Assembly (NCBI GenBank): GCA_019744845.1
Contig: JAIETW010000001.1
Span: forward strand, 418,859-482,858
Length of the DNA stretch: 64,000 bases
Direction: 5' to 3'
Source of the DNA: Patescibacteria group bacterium
GTDB lineage: Bacteria; Patescibacteriota; Minisyncoccia; Phycocordibacterales; Phycocordibacteraceae
Of this stretch, positions 35,671-45,826 are shown in pieces; position 1 is the first letter of the stretch, and each line of letters opens with the position of its first letter. The notes beneath the pieces are model-generated. The model saw only the letters and a program-made list of their open reading frames with translations. It did no database searches and was not told the DNA's origin. A program made the translations under genes and the position numbers.

Positions 35671-35838
35671 AGGCGGGGAAGTTACCCACCTTCCGCTACC
35701 CGAGCGGATCTAGCAGCACAGTGCACATTTCAAGAATCTGAGGCTAAAGTTCGGGGCAGGAAGGCGGAAATACAGCGTTAAATAATCGTTTCAATCGTGA
35801 CTGGGAACGCCATACTAGCACGGAAACACGGTATGAAA

Positions 35839-35858
35839 AACGGCGCCGAAGCGCCGTG
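35839..35858 (-). terminator. hairpin terminator downstream of the 35861-36256 ORF
   Basis: Minus strand reads CGGCGC-TTCG-GCGCCG followed by TTTTT. Confidence 0.55.
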
Positions 35859-35860
35859 AT

Positions 35861-36256
35861 TTATGATGGATATCGTTCGTCTCTGACGATATCTTCCGAC
35901 TCTAGCGAGTTCGTTGCGCCCTTTCTCTGGAGCTGCCCGGCGTCTTCCGCAATATGATACGCGTCTCTGCGACCGTAAAACTGTCCATCGCTTCCTATGA
36001 AGCCGTCCGGGTCCATGTTTTGGTACATTTCACGAACCTGTCCACTAGAAAGACCGTAAGTTTTCATCACCTCCTCTTCAAAACGAGAACGAATAAATGC
36101 ATGCATACTTGCAGGCGCTTCTTTGCCCTCACGCACGACCGTACTAATGCAGACATCGCGAAACTTGATCGCGACACGGGTGATATGGAGCTTCGGAGGA
36201 CGTTCACTACCCCGGCTTTCGTGCACACTCCGCTCGCTTCGTGCGCCGTCGCTCAT
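35861..36256 (-). CDS. hypothetical protein (131 aa), co-transcribed downstream of clpP
   Basis: ORF with a 2-bp gap to clpP stop and no recognisable motifs. Confidence 0.45.
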   Translation of the reverse strand: MSDGARSERSVHESRGSERPPKLHITRVAIKFRDVCISTVVREGKEAPASMHAFIRSRFEEEVMKTYGLSSGQVREMYQNMDPDGFIGSDGQFYGRRDAYHIAEDAGQLQRKGATNSLESEDIVRDERYPS

Positions 36257-36258
36257 AG

Positions 36259-36861
36259 CTACTTGCTCTTGAAGACGGTGTCTACAAGACCGTACTTCTT
36301 TGCTTCGTCTGCGGTCATAAAGTAATCACGCTCCACATCGCGTTCAATCTTCGTAAGCTCCTGGCCCGTGTTCTTCGCAAGAATCTTGTTCAAACGATCA
36401 CGGGTCGCAAGAATGTGCTTGGCAGTAATCTCAATGTCGGTGGCCTGACCCTGTGCTCCACCCCATGGCTGATGAATCATCACCTCAGAGTTTGGAAGAG
36501 CGAAGCGCTTTCCTTTTTCTCCTGCAGCAAGAATCACTGCGGCAGCAGAGGCGGCCATGCCGACACATACCGTAGAAACAGCGGGCTTCACGTGGTTCAT
36601 GGTGTCAAGAATTGCCAGACCTGCCGTCACGGAACCTCCAGGAGAGTTGATGTAGAAAGAAATGTCTTTCTTGGGGTCTTCTGATTCAAGGAAGAGAAGC
36701 TGCGCGATGATGAGGTTCGCGACATCATCGTCCACCGGTCCACCAAGAAACACGATACGGTCCTTAAGAAGACGAGAATAAATATCGTACGCACGTTCAC
36801 CAGATGATGACTTTTCTACGACCATTGGCACAAGCATTGAAGCGCGGGGTTTCATATCCAT
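36259..36861 (-). CDS. clpP: ATP-dependent Clp protease proteolytic subunit (ORF opens 36900; internal Met start likely)
   Basis: [20 protein letters not shown]...[11 protein letters not shown] (Ser)...MIHQP (His). Confidence 0.9.
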   Translation of the reverse strand: MDMKPRASMLVPMVVEKSSSGERAYDIYSRLLKDRIVFLGGPVDDDVANLIIAQLLFLESEDPKKDISFYINSPGGSVTAGLAILDTMNHVKPAVSTVCVGMAASAAAVILAAGEKGKRFALPNSEVMIHQPWGGAQGQATDIEITAKHILATRDRLNKILAKNTGQELTKIERDVERDYFMTADEAKKYGLVDTVFKSK

Positions 36862-36927
36862 AGTGAGAAGATAGTACCAAAGAAACAGCCCCCACGCCAA
36901 AAGCGTGAGGGCCGTAATTCTTCTTAA

Positions 36928-37224
36928 TTACTGTGCCTCAAACGCTGCATCAAGCTCGGTGAATGCGGCGTCAAAGTCTTCAGAGAACTCATCTGGAGAT
37001 TCGGCGTTCAAATCAGACTCAATAACGGCGGGCTCCGTAGACTCACTTTGTGTTTCAAGAGAGGCAGCGTCCTCTTCCAGAGTAGGAGCCTGCGCCTGGT
37101 TCATCCAGACGTACGAAGCACCTGCAACGATGAGAAGAAGGATGATGAGAAGCGCAACGACAGGACCATTTGCCGGCTTTGCGGCTGGGGTCATTGGCGC
37201 TTCAGGGGTGGTGGTTGGTTCCAT
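36928..37224 (-). CDS. small single-pass membrane protein with acidic C-terminal tail (98 aa)
   Basis: TM VVALLIILLLIVAGASYVWM. Shares the GAxYVW post-TM motif with the 37975-38172 ORF. Confidence 0.5.
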   Translation of the reverse strand: MEPTTTPEAPMTPAAKPANGPVVALLIILLLIVAGASYVWMNQAQAPTLEEDAASLETQSESTEPAVIESDLNAESPDEFSEDFDAAFTELDAAFEAQ

Positions 37225-37235
37225 GGTATTGGTTA

Positions 37236-37898
37236 TTAGTTTCCTGTCTCTTCCGTAGGCTCGTCGTTTCCATAGCCTGCGTTAGGCAAGGCACGAACGG
37301 CTTCAATGAGGGCGGTGTGTGCCGCGCGGATCGCCTCCTTTGCGGCATCTCCAAGTGGCTTCACTGCCTGAAGTGCCTCGCGAGGTGTCTCAGAATCAAG
37401 CGCCTCTTCAAGTCCTTCCTTCACCTCATCTACTGCGGAAGCGGCTTTTGCAATTGCAGCATCTGCTTCGGCGAGCTCAGTCTTTGCCGCCTCCGTGTCT
37501 GCATTGCGCTCTTCAAGGAAGGCAATGCGTGCCTCAATGCGATCAGAAAGTGTTTCAAGGCGTGCAATCATGGCGTCCAAGAGTCGTGCGACATGCTCGG
37601 TGCGCATAAGCACGCGCTCTTTGACGTTTTCCGTAAGCTCCGCGCGGCGAAGAGCGGTGGTTGAAGCAAACTGCGCACGGCGTTCGGCGATAGCTTCTTT
37701 CACCTCTGCGCGGTGTTCCCCAACCTTCTCTTTTACTTCCGCACGATGTTCTTCTCTCTGTCCGGCATTCTCAGAGAAGAAGAGGGTAGGACGAGCGTGG
37801 TCATCACCCGGACGCTCTCCCTCTCCATGCTCGGCGCTTACTGCAACAGGAACAAGCACAAGTGCCATGACCACTGCTGCAAGGTATTTCGTGTACAT
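37236..37898 (-). CDS. secreted coiled-coil hypothetical protein (220 aa)
   Basis: Signal peptide MYTKYLAAVVMALVLVPVAVSA followed by A/E/R-rich helical sequence. Confidence 0.5.
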   Translation of the reverse strand: MYTKYLAAVVMALVLVPVAVSAEHGEGERPGDDHARPTLFFSENAGQREEHRAEVKEKVGEHRAEVKEAIAERRAQFASTTALRRAELTENVKERVLMRTEHVARLLDAMIARLETLSDRIEARIAFLEERNADTEAAKTELAEADAAIAKAASAVDEVKEGLEEALDSETPREALQAVKPLGDAAKEAIRAAHTALIEAVRALPNAGYGNDEPTEETGN

Positions 37899-37974
37899 AA
37901 ATGAATGTTATTAAACCACTAAAGCGTATACCGACAGTATACCTCTTACAAAAGACGCGGGTTGCGCGTGGGGA

Positions 37975-38172
37975 TTACCGAGCTTCCTCGGTCGGCACGA
38001 TGCTGCGTACCTCGGCCACTCGTTCACCCCATACATACAGGGCGCCAATCACAATCACTGCAACGACAATCACGAGTGTAATCAGGGCTCCAGTGGAAGA
38101 AGGAGGGCGTACCGTCACGGCAGGAGCTCGTGAGAGATTCTGTGACTCAATAAAGTCTGCCATATGCGCCAA
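37975..38172 (-). CDS. small single-pass membrane protein (65 aa)
   Basis: TM LITLVIVVAVIVIGALYVWG. Confidence 0.4.
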   Translation of the reverse strand: MAHMADFIESQNLSRAPAVTVRPPSSTGALITLVIVVAVIVIGALYVWGERVAEVRSIVPTEEAR

Positions 38173-38189
38173 GTATACGACGGTGCGTA

Positions 38190-38777
38190 TTAAAGGGAAG
38201 ATGAAGCGAGATAGCGAAGCAAGATAAGGGCACTCCGCTCTTCTTGGATTGTTCCATCAAGACACATCTTCTTCACTGTCTCGCGATCAAACGCTTCTAT
38301 CTGAATATCTTCTCCTTCGCCGAGCTCTTGTGCGGTTTCAGAAAAAGAGTTCACAACGAAATAAAATAGATCCCAGACTACGGTCGTGCCACACACTGAT
38401 TTATGGAAGAAAGAAAGATCCGTGACCTCTATACCAACCTCTTCTCGTGCTTCTCGCTTTGCACCCTCGGCTGCTTCTGCCTGAATATCTTTTCCGCGTT
38501 CAAGTGCGGAAGAATATTCTTCAAGCGTATCAAACACTTTTCCACCGGGGAGACGATAGTCGTAGCCGCCCACTTCGTGTCGCTCTTCGCGAGACAGAAG
38601 AATCGTATCGCCCTTGGGAATAATAAGACGCACGCCGGGAGACCGGCGCGCGCATTCAAACACAAGTTGTTTCCCACCCTGGGTAACGTCAAACTCTACA
38701 ATCTCAAGTATCTTTCCTTTGTACTTGATCCGGTCCATTAGTGAATCTCGTTCTTCTTCTCGTCGTAGAGCGTGCAC
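38190..38777 (-). CDS. NUDIX hydrolase (alternative start MDRIKY at 38738 overlapping ppa stop as TAATG)
   Basis: Nudix box GGKV...AEGAKREAREEVGIEV. Confidence 0.75.
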   Translation of the reverse strand: MHALRREEERDSLMDRIKYKGKILEIVEFDVTQGGKQLVFECARRSPGVRLIIPKGDTILLSREERHEVGGYDYRLPGGKVFDTLEEYSSALERGKDIQAEAAEGAKREAREEVGIEVTDLSFFHKSVCGTTVVWDLFYFVVNSFSETAQELGEGEDIQIEAFDRETVKKMCLDGTIQEERSALILLRYLASSSL

Positions 38778-39280
38778 GCGCGCTCAAAGGCAGCAACGGC
38801 GGCCTCTTTTCCTTCAAAGCCTTCAATCACTACCTGATACTTTCCTTTCTCTCCCTTGAGTTCCTTGTAGGTTTCAAAGAAGTGCTGGATTTCCTTGAGC
38901 GCGTGCTTATTCAAATCCTTAAGATCTTGCACATCTTCCCAACGCTTATCATCCACTGGCACACCAATGACTTTGTAGTCATTGTCTCCACAATCCATCA
39001 TTTTCATAAGTGCAACCGGGCGCACATTTACGAGAATGCCTGAAGGAATAGGGAAGGTGGCAAGCACAATCACATCAAGCGCATCTCCGTCATCCCAGTA
39101 CGTCTGCGGTACAAAGCCGTATTCGCAAGGGTACGCGGCAGACGAGTAGTTGGCACGATCAAGCTTGATCATGCCTGTCTTCTTATCAATCTCGTACTTA
39201 TTGGCAGAGCCCTTCGGAACTTCAATGATCACATTGATGGCATCCTTGGTTCCTGCATCTACATCGTGCCAGAGGTTCAT
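38738..39280 (-). CDS. ppa: inorganic pyrophosphatase (family I)
   Basis: EVPKGSANKYEIDKKTGMIKLDR...DGDALDVIVL. Confidence 0.9.
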   Translation of the reverse strand: MNLWHDVDAGTKDAINVIIEVPKGSANKYEIDKKTGMIKLDRANYSSAAYPCEYGFVPQTYWDDGDALDVIVLATFPIPSGILVNVRPVALMKMMDCGDNDYKVIGVPVDDKRWEDVQDLKDLNKHALKEIQHFFETYKELKGEKGKYQVVIEGFEGKEAAVAAFERACTLYDEKKNEIH

Positions 39281-39295
39281 ATATAGGTGAGTATA

Positions 39296-40636
39296 TTATG
39301 CTTCGTCGCGAGATTCTTTGGCATCCACAACTGCCTCACCCTCTCCCGTCTCGGAGAGCTCTTCCTCTGCAGGAAGAACGGTGGCAGCTTCTGCCTCTTC
39401 TACCACTACTTCTGCAGGAGATTCGGTCGGTGCAACACCTGCTTCTTCCGCAGGATCTTCCGTCTTCTCGCTAATGTTTACTCCTTCGCCATCGCTCTCT
39501 GCGACGTTCTCGCCTGCGACAGAAACAATATCAATGTTCCAGCCGGTAAGCTTTGCGGCAAGGCGTACATTCTGTCCACCGCGACCAATCGCAAGAGACT
39601 GCTGATCCTCAGAGACGGTCACCGTTGCACGATGATCCTCTTCCTGAAGATCTACTTCAAGGACGGACGCAGGAGAGAGAGCTTCCTTGATGAATGCCTT
39701 CTGATCCTCGTTCCACTCAATAAGATCAATGCGCTCACCACCGAGTTCACTCATAACCGTAGACACGCGTACGCCGCGCTGACCGACGAGAGACCCGACT
39801 GGATCTACATGGGGATCAATAGAGGAGACCGCAATCTTGGTACGAGATCCTGGCTCACGAGCAATGCTCTTGATTTCAATTGCACCATTTGCAAGTTCTG
39901 GTGCCTCAAGCTCAAAGAGTTTCACCAAGAACTTTGGGTGTGAGCGAGAAAGGCGGAGGTACACACCGCGGAATCCTTCGTCCACTGCATGGAGGTAGGC
40001 ACGAATGCGCTCTCCTGGGCGGTAGCGCTCTCCAGGAATCTGTTCCTCGTAGGGAATAAGCCCTGTTGCACGGCCAAGGTCAATGTAGAGGGCGCCACGT
40101 TCCACGCGCTGCACGATACCGGAGACGATCTCTCCCTTCTTGTGACCGAACTCATCAAGGATAGAAAGCTTCTCTGCTTCGCGAATCTTCTGGATCACCA
40201 CCTGCTTTGCAGTCTGCGCAGCAATACGACCGAAGTCGTCCTGTGGTTCAAGAGGGAAGATGAGCTCTTCACCAAGTTCCACGCCCTTCTTCACGAGGCG
40301 CGCATTCGCAATAAGGATGTGCTTCTCCTCGTCGTAGCGAGGGAGTTCACCTTCCTCAAGCTGCTCGTTTTCAAAACGACCGTGCTCTACCACCTCCTCT
40401 TCTCCTTCCTGAGGGAAGCGGACGAGCGTATCGTCTACGACTACCTTTACCTGTTCAAAAGACACCGTGCCGGTGTTCATATCAAGCTTGGCGCGCACCA
40501 CCTGGCCACGCTTTCCGTACTCCTTCTTATACGCAGTTGCCATTGCAGCCTCAATGGCCTCAATCATGGTTTCCTTGCTGATGCCGCGCGTCTCAAATTC
40601 TGAGAGGACGACTTGTATTGTTTTTAGATCCAACAT
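39296..40636 (-). CDS. nusA: transcription termination/antitermination factor NusA with acidic C-terminal extension
   Basis: S1 and KH domains (LVGQRGVRVSTVMSELGGERIDLIEW, IGRGGQNVRLAAKLTGWNIDI). 446 aa. Confidence 0.9.
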   Translation of the reverse strand: MLDLKTIQVVLSEFETRGISKETMIEAIEAAMATAYKKEYGKRGQVVRAKLDMNTGTVSFEQVKVVVDDTLVRFPQEGEEEVVEHGRFENEQLEEGELPRYDEEKHILIANARLVKKGVELGEELIFPLEPQDDFGRIAAQTAKQVVIQKIREAEKLSILDEFGHKKGEIVSGIVQRVERGALYIDLGRATGLIPYEEQIPGERYRPGERIRAYLHAVDEGFRGVYLRLSRSHPKFLVKLFELEAPELANGAIEIKSIAREPGSRTKIAVSSIDPHVDPVGSLVGQRGVRVSTVMSELGGERIDLIEWNEDQKAFIKEALSPASVLEVDLQEEDHRATVTVSEDQQSLAIGRGGQNVRLAAKLTGWNIDIVSVAGENVAESDGEGVNISEKTEDPAEEAGVAPTESPAEVVVEEAEAATVLPAEEELSETGEGEAVVDAKESRDEA

Positions 40637-40797
40637 ACCGTTCGCTATTTAATTGTCGCCCGACTTGTCTAAAAAGAAATGCCCGCAGAGCGGACATTCA
40701 CTTACGGGGACTGTACCACGAGGAGAGGAATTGGCAAGCTTTTCCCCCTAAAATCAAGTAAATATCACGCATCGTCGCGTTATACTCCTATATAGGT

Positions 40798-42543
40798 ATG
40801 AAGGTATCTGAAAAAGAACTGAAAGAGTTCATCTTGGACTCGGGACTGGTGTCTCGTAAGGACGTGGAGTCTGCCGAAACGGAGGGGAAGGAGCGCACGC
40901 AATCCCTCGGCGATATCCTCGTATCTCGCGGCTCCCTCTCTCCAGATGCACTCCGCCGCATCAAGGCCTACGTGCTTGGCATTCCGTTTGTGAATCTTAA
41001 GGATCGGAAGATCCCTGTAGATATCCTTTCTCTTATCCCGGAGCCGATTGCCCGTACACACAGCATCATTGCGTTTGATAAGAACGACGGAGAACTCCAG
41101 GTGGCCATGCTTGATACGGAAGATCTCCCGGCTATTGATTCGGTGCGCAAGAAAACAGGGCTCAAGATTCTTCCTCGTCTTACTGATGACGACTCAGTAA
41201 AGAACGCACTTCTTCAGTATCAGAAGTCTCTCAAAGAAGAGTTCGGGGACCTTATTGCCACTGAGGCAGGGAAGATCAAACTGGTAAAGGAAGCGGAGGG
41301 GCAGGAACACACGGGAGAAGATTTGAAAAAGATGGCAGAGGATCTGCCGATCGTGCGCATTGTGGACACCCTTCTTCGTCACGCCATCGTGCAGAAGGCA
41401 TCTGACATTCACATAGAGCCGATGGAGCTTGAGGTGCTTGTACGCTACCGCATTGACGGCATCTTGCATGACGCGATGACACTACCAAAAGCCGCAGGTC
41501 CTGGCATCGTTGCGCGTATTAAAGTGCTTGCGAACTTGAAGCTAGATGAAAAACGTTTGCCACAGGACGGTCGTTTCAAAATGGAAACAGAAACCGACAA
41601 GGTGTCGTTCCGCGTATCTCTTCTTCCAACGTACTTCGGAGAGAAGGTGGTGATGCGTCTTCTTCGCGAAACGGGAAGTGGGGAAGGGTTCACGCTTGAG
41701 ACCCTTGGCTTCCACGGCGAAGGACTTGAGAACATTCACAAAGCAACACGCGCCACGACCGGCATCATTCTCGTCTCTGGTCCGACCGGTTCCGGAAAGA
41801 CTACAACGCTGTATACGATTCTGGATATTCTAAACACACCAGACGTAAACATTTCTACGATTGAAGACCCGATTGAGTATCAGATGCCACGTGTGAATCA
41901 GACCCAGGTGAACCCGGCAATTGGATTTTCATTTGCGAACGGGCTCCGTGCCCTGCTTCGTCAGGACCCGAACATTATTATGGTGGGAGAGATCCGCGAT
42001 GGAGAGACGGCCGCGCTTGCAATTAACGCCGCACTTACCGGACACATCGTGCTTTCCACTATCCACACTAACTCCGCCACTGGTGCGATTCCTCGTTTGA
42101 TAGATATGGGTGTGGAGCCGTTCCTTCTTGTCTCTACGCTTCGTGTGGTCGTGGGGCAGCGCCTCGTCCGCCAGCTTACGGATGCCAAAGAACAGTACGC
42201 ACTTAATAAGGAGGAGCGTGCAAAGGTGACGAGTGAAGACCATTTTGATGCCGCACTCGCGGCCCTTCAGGAAGAAAAGCTGGTAAAGAGCGGCATGAAG
42301 CTTGATACGCTTCCGTTCTATCGTCCGAAGGAAGGCGCCGGATATTCAGGCCGTATGGGCATCCACGAGACTCTTACGGTCTCTTCCGCCATCCGCGATC
42401 TCATCATGCATAACGGCACGGGGGATGAGATTGAGGCACAGGCACGCAAAGAGGGAATGCTCACCATGCTTGAGGATGGTATTTATAAGAGTGCACGTGG
42501 CATTACTTCTCTTGAAGAAGTGCTCCGCGCGGTCTCCGAATAA
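40798..42543 (+). CDS. pilB: type IV pilus assembly ATPase PilB/GspE family
   Basis: N-terminal GSPII-N domain, Walker A GPTGSGKTTTLY, Asp/His boxes. 581 aa. Confidence 0.85.
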   Translation: MKVSEKELKEFILDSGLVSRKDVESAETEGKERTQSLGDILVSRGSLSPDALRRIKAYVLGIPFVNLKDRKIPVDILSLIPEPIARTHSIIAFDKNDGELQVAMLDTEDLPAIDSVRKKTGLKILPRLTDDDSVKNALLQYQKSLKEEFGDLIATEAGKIKLVKEAEGQEHTGEDLKKMAEDLPIVRIVDTLLRHAIVQKASDIHIEPMELEVLVRYRIDGILHDAMTLPKAAGPGIVARIKVLANLKLDEKRLPQDGRFKMETETDKVSFRVSLLPTYFGEKVVMRLLRETGSGEGFTLETLGFHGEGLENIHKATRATTGIILVSGPTGSGKTTTLYTILDILNTPDVNISTIEDPIEYQMPRVNQTQVNPAIGFSFANGLRALLRQDPNIIMVGEIRDGETAALAINAALTGHIVLSTIHTNSATGAIPRLIDMGVEPFLLVSTLRVVVGQRLVRQLTDAKEQYALNKEERAKVTSEDHFDAALAALQEEKLVKSGMKLDTLPFYRPKEGAGYSGRMGIHETLTVSSAIRDLIMHNGTGDEIEAQARKEGMLTMLEDGIYKSARGITSLEEVLRAVSE

Positions 42544-42546
42544 TCT

Positions 42547-43758
42547 ATGAAATTCCGCGTCACCATAAAAAAAGAAGACGGGAGTGAAGAGAAGCGTGCA
42601 ATGGAAGCAGCGTCACGCTTTGCCCTCTACGAAGTCGTGGAGAAAGAAGGCGCGCACGTCATTGCGGTAGAGGAGGGGAGTGGATTTGCGATGCCGAAGT
42701 GGGCAAACGTACAGCTCTCAAGCGGTATCAATACAGAAGAGAAAATCATTTTCACCAAGAACCTTGCCGCCATGCTTGCGGCCGGTCTTACGCTGTCTCG
42801 TACGCTCTCGGTTATTAATCGTCAGTCAGCAAACAAATACTTCAAAACCATCGTTGAAGAACTTGAATCCCAGGTGAAGCAGGGAACCTCATTCCACGAT
42901 GCGCTTGCAATGCATCCTAAGATTTTCTCCAAGCTCTTTATCGCAATGACCAAAGCAGGAGAGGAGTCGGGAACACTCGCCGAAGCACTTCGTGTGGTGG
43001 CGCGCCAGATGGAACGCTCCTTTAATCTTGAGAAGAAAGTAAAAGGAGCGATGATCTATCCCTCTATTATTCTTATGGCCGTCATCATCATCGGTGTGCT
43101 CATGATGATCTACGTGGTACCAACGCTTTCAGCGACCTTTGCGTCTCTTGGCGTGGAACTTCCTGCCGCAACCAAGGCGATCATCTCTACCTCTGACTTC
43201 ATGGCAAGCAATGCCATCCTGACTCTTGGTCTTGTCGCAGTGTTTTTTATCAGCCTCTTCTTCTTTTTCAAAAGTAAACCAGGCGCAGCCTTTCTTCTTG
43301 CAGTGTCTCTCCGAGTCCCCGTGATTGGAAACTTGGTTCGCGAGACCATGAGTGCCCGCGCCGCACGCGCACTCTCGTCCCTTCTTTCTTCAGGAGTGGA
43401 GATGCTTACCGCAATTAGCATTGCTGAAGAAGTGGTGGGAGAGAACCGCTTTGGCAAAGTGCTTGGAGAGGCAAACGCCAAAGTGAAGGCAGGTGAATCT
43501 CTTTCGGTTGCCTTTGCTGCACACCCAAAGCTCTACCCGATTTTCATCGTAGACATGATTGCGGTTGGGGAGGAGACGGGAAAGGTGGCAGACATGCTCG
43601 GACAGGTGGCTGATTACTACGAAACGGACGTGGAAGATCGTACCAAAGACCTTTCTACCATCATTGAGCCAATGCTCATGCTCATTATTGGTGCGGTGGT
43701 TGGTGTGTTTGCGCTCTCCATGATCTCACCGATCTACTCACTCTCTGACAAGATTTAG
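42547..43758 (+). CDS. pilC: type IV pilus inner-membrane platform protein PilC/GspF family
   Basis: Two GspF repeats with TM helices. 403 aa. Confidence 0.85.
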   Translation: MKFRVTIKKEDGSEEKRAMEAASRFALYEVVEKEGAHVIAVEEGSGFAMPKWANVQLSSGINTEEKIIFTKNLAAMLAAGLTLSRTLSVINRQSANKYFKTIVEELESQVKQGTSFHDALAMHPKIFSKLFIAMTKAGEESGTLAEALRVVARQMERSFNLEKKVKGAMIYPSIILMAVIIIGVLMMIYVVPTLSATFASLGVELPAATKAIISTSDFMASNAILTLGLVAVFFISLFFFFKSKPGAAFLLAVSLRVPVIGNLVRETMSARAARALSSLLSSGVEMLTAISIAEEVVGENRFGKVLGEANAKVKAGESLSVAFAAHPKLYPIFIVDMIAVGEETGKVADMLGQVADYYETDVEDRTKDLSTIIEPMLMLIIGAVVGVFALSMISPIYSLSDKI

Positions 43759-43765
43759 TGCGTTC

Positions 43766-45247
43766 GTGCGCTATCATAAGCGCATGCGTCCTTTGAGAGG
43801 AATGTCCTTGATTGATGCGCTTATCGGAAGCGCGCTGGTCCTTGTCGTGTTTCTCGCATTCTTCGGCCTCCTTCGTTCTTCTATTTTGGTTTCAGGCATT
43901 GCAAAAGCAAAGGCTGGCGCGACCACCGTCGCCAACTCACAAATAGAATATGTGCGTTCACTGGACTATGATTCCGTCGGAACCGTCGGTGGTATCCCTG
44001 CAGGAGTGGTGCCCCAGTATGCGACCACCACCCTTAACAACATCCAGTACGTGGCACGTACCTTTATAGAGTACGCAGATGATGATGCGGATGGGCTCGC
44101 GGGTGCAGACAGTAACGGCATTACCACCGACTACAAGCATGTGCGCGTGGCGGTCACCTACACTGTACGCGAACAGACTCGTGAAGTATCCGTCGTGACG
44201 AACGTTTCACCACCTTCTATTGAAACGACAACTGGGGGAGGAACACTTCGTATTAATGTGTCGGACGCTACAGGTCTTCCGGTATCAGGTGCGGAGGTGC
44301 GTGTGGTAAACGCGAGCACGACCCCAACGATTGATGTGACTACCTTCTCAAATAGTGGAGGGACAGTGGATCTCGGTGGGGCCCCCGTCTCATCCCAATA
44401 CCAGGTATATGTCACCAAAGACGGATACTCATCTGCACAAACCTATCCATACACCGTTGCGAATACAAACCCCACTCCGGGCTATCTCACCGTCGCCGCA
44501 AGTCAGACCACCACGAGTAGTTTTGCGATAGATCTTTTGGCGGAACTTGCGATTGCAACCTTCTCTCCCATCCAACCAAATACGTTTACTGACACTTTTG
44601 ATGACTCAACCAATGTAGGAAGCACCAACAACACGGTGGTCGCTCTCGGAGAAATTTCGCTCGCGGGTGCGCCTGGCTCCTACGCCGCAAGTGGAAGCGC
44701 AGACTCTGTGTCCATTGCGCCGCCGTACCTCACAGAATGGACGAGTGCGACGATCAGTGTGTCCACGCCCGTTGCCACCAACGCCATATTCTCCATTGAA
44801 TCAGGTGGAGCACTGATTCCAGACGCCGCACTTCCTGGAAACAGCGGCGGTTTCACTGGCACGGTAGATCTCTCTTCTCTTGCGACGACAACGTACCCTG
44901 ACCTTACACTTGTCGCGTCACTCACTTCGGGTGATGTGAATCTGACGCCAGCCGTACTTGAGTGGAGTGTGGGGTACGAAGAAGGCCCTGTTCCTCTGCC
45001 TGATGTGTCGTTTACGCTCACGGGAGGCAAGACTATTGGATCGGCGAGCGATGGATCAGCAGTCTTTAAAACAATTGTTGCGACGACGACTGATGCAACT
45101 GGCGTGCGCACACTCACCCTGGAGTGGGATTCATATGCGATTGAGGTGCCAGGCTACACCATAGATAACGCCACCTTGCTTGAACCACCGTACGAAGTGC
45201 TTCCTGCAGATGTACTAGAGAAGATACTTATACTGTCACCTATATGA
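43766..45247 (+). CDS. large prepilin-like (minor pilin/pseudopilin) protein
   Basis: N-terminal class-III-signal-like RG-MSLIDALIGSALVLVVFLAFFGLL followed by a ~450-aa T/S-rich beta-rich domain. Confidence 0.5.
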   Translation: MRYHKRMRPLRGMSLIDALIGSALVLVVFLAFFGLLRSSILVSGIAKAKAGATTVANSQIEYVRSLDYDSVGTVGGIPAGVVPQYATTTLNNIQYVARTFIEYADDDADGLAGADSNGITTDYKHVRVAVTYTVREQTREVSVVTNVSPPSIETTTGGGTLRINVSDATGLPVSGAEVRVVNASTTPTIDVTTFSNSGGTVDLGGAPVSSQYQVYVTKDGYSSAQTYPYTVANTNPTPGYLTVAASQTTTSSFAIDLLAELAIATFSPIQPNTFTDTFDDSTNVGSTNNTVVALGEISLAGAPGSYAASGSADSVSIAPPYLTEWTSATISVSTPVATNAIFSIESGGALIPDAALPGNSGGFTGTVDLSSLATTTYPDLTLVASLTSGDVNLTPAVLEWSVGYEEGPVPLPDVSFTLTGGKTIGSASDGSAVFKTIVATTTDATGVRTLTLEWDSYAIEVPGYTIDNATLLEPPYEVLPADVLEKILILSPI

Positions 45248-45825
45248 GAGGCTTCACCTTAACCGAGACATTGGTCGTGATCGCCATCGTCAGCACCGCG
45301 GGCCTCGCGCTGACGACCGCACTCGTAGACTTCTATCGGCAGAATGCGTATCTTTTTGAATCTACCAGTGCACTTGAGAACTCACGTCGTGCACTCTCTA
45401 CTTCAGTGGAGAACCTACGCGAAGCGACGTATGGAGAAGATGGGGCATATCCACTTATTGCAGCCGCAACGTCAAGTGTCACGTTCCACGCTGATATAGA
45501 CGCGGATAATTCAGTGGAACGAGTACGCTTCTTTATTTCTAACGGCACCTTTTACAGGACCACCACCAACCCAGGTGGGAATCCTCCCTCCTATACCGGC
45601 CAGACTGCCGCGACGTCTACCGTGATTGCGTACGTGCGAAACGCGACATCCACTCCATTCTTTAGATACTTTGATGCGACAGGAGCAGAGCTCGCGACAC
45701 CAATTGATATTGGATCGGTCACCCAGGTGCTGGTGCGGGTGGATATAGATCTAAACCCAAATCGGGCACCAGAGATATTCACGCTCTCTGGGCGCGCGAC
45801 GCTCCGTAACGTGGTACACCAATAA
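45244..45825 (+). CDS. prepilin-type N-terminal cleavage/methylation domain pseudopilin
   Basis: MRGFTLTETLVVIAIVSTAGLAL (G/FTLTE prepilin motif). 193 aa. ATGA overlap with the upstream gene. Confidence 0.65.
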   Translation: MRGFTLTETLVVIAIVSTAGLALTTALVDFYRQNAYLFESTSALENSRRALSTSVENLREATYGEDGAYPLIAAATSSVTFHADIDADNSVERVRFFISNGTFYRTTTNPGGNPPSYTGQTAATSTVIAYVRNATSTPFFRYFDATGAELATPIDIGSVTQVLVRVDIDLNPNRAPEIFTLSGRATLRNVVHQ

Positions 45826-45826
45826 C

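Noticed and set aside
34687-35781. Ser/Arg-rich plus-strand ORFs (188, 142 and 174 aa) opposite rny
   Set aside because: Antisense to the Glu/Lys/Arg-rich coiled-coil of RNase Y, with no coding signal of their own.
6239-40797. Palindrome CCTATATAGGT occurring upstream of the T4SS operon (6239) and abutting the pilB start (40788), with related copies at 9013 and 39283
   Set aside because: The motif is intriguing and palindromic, but 11-mer recurrence is within chance expectation and the positions relative to start codons are inconsistent. It was not promoted to a regulatory call.
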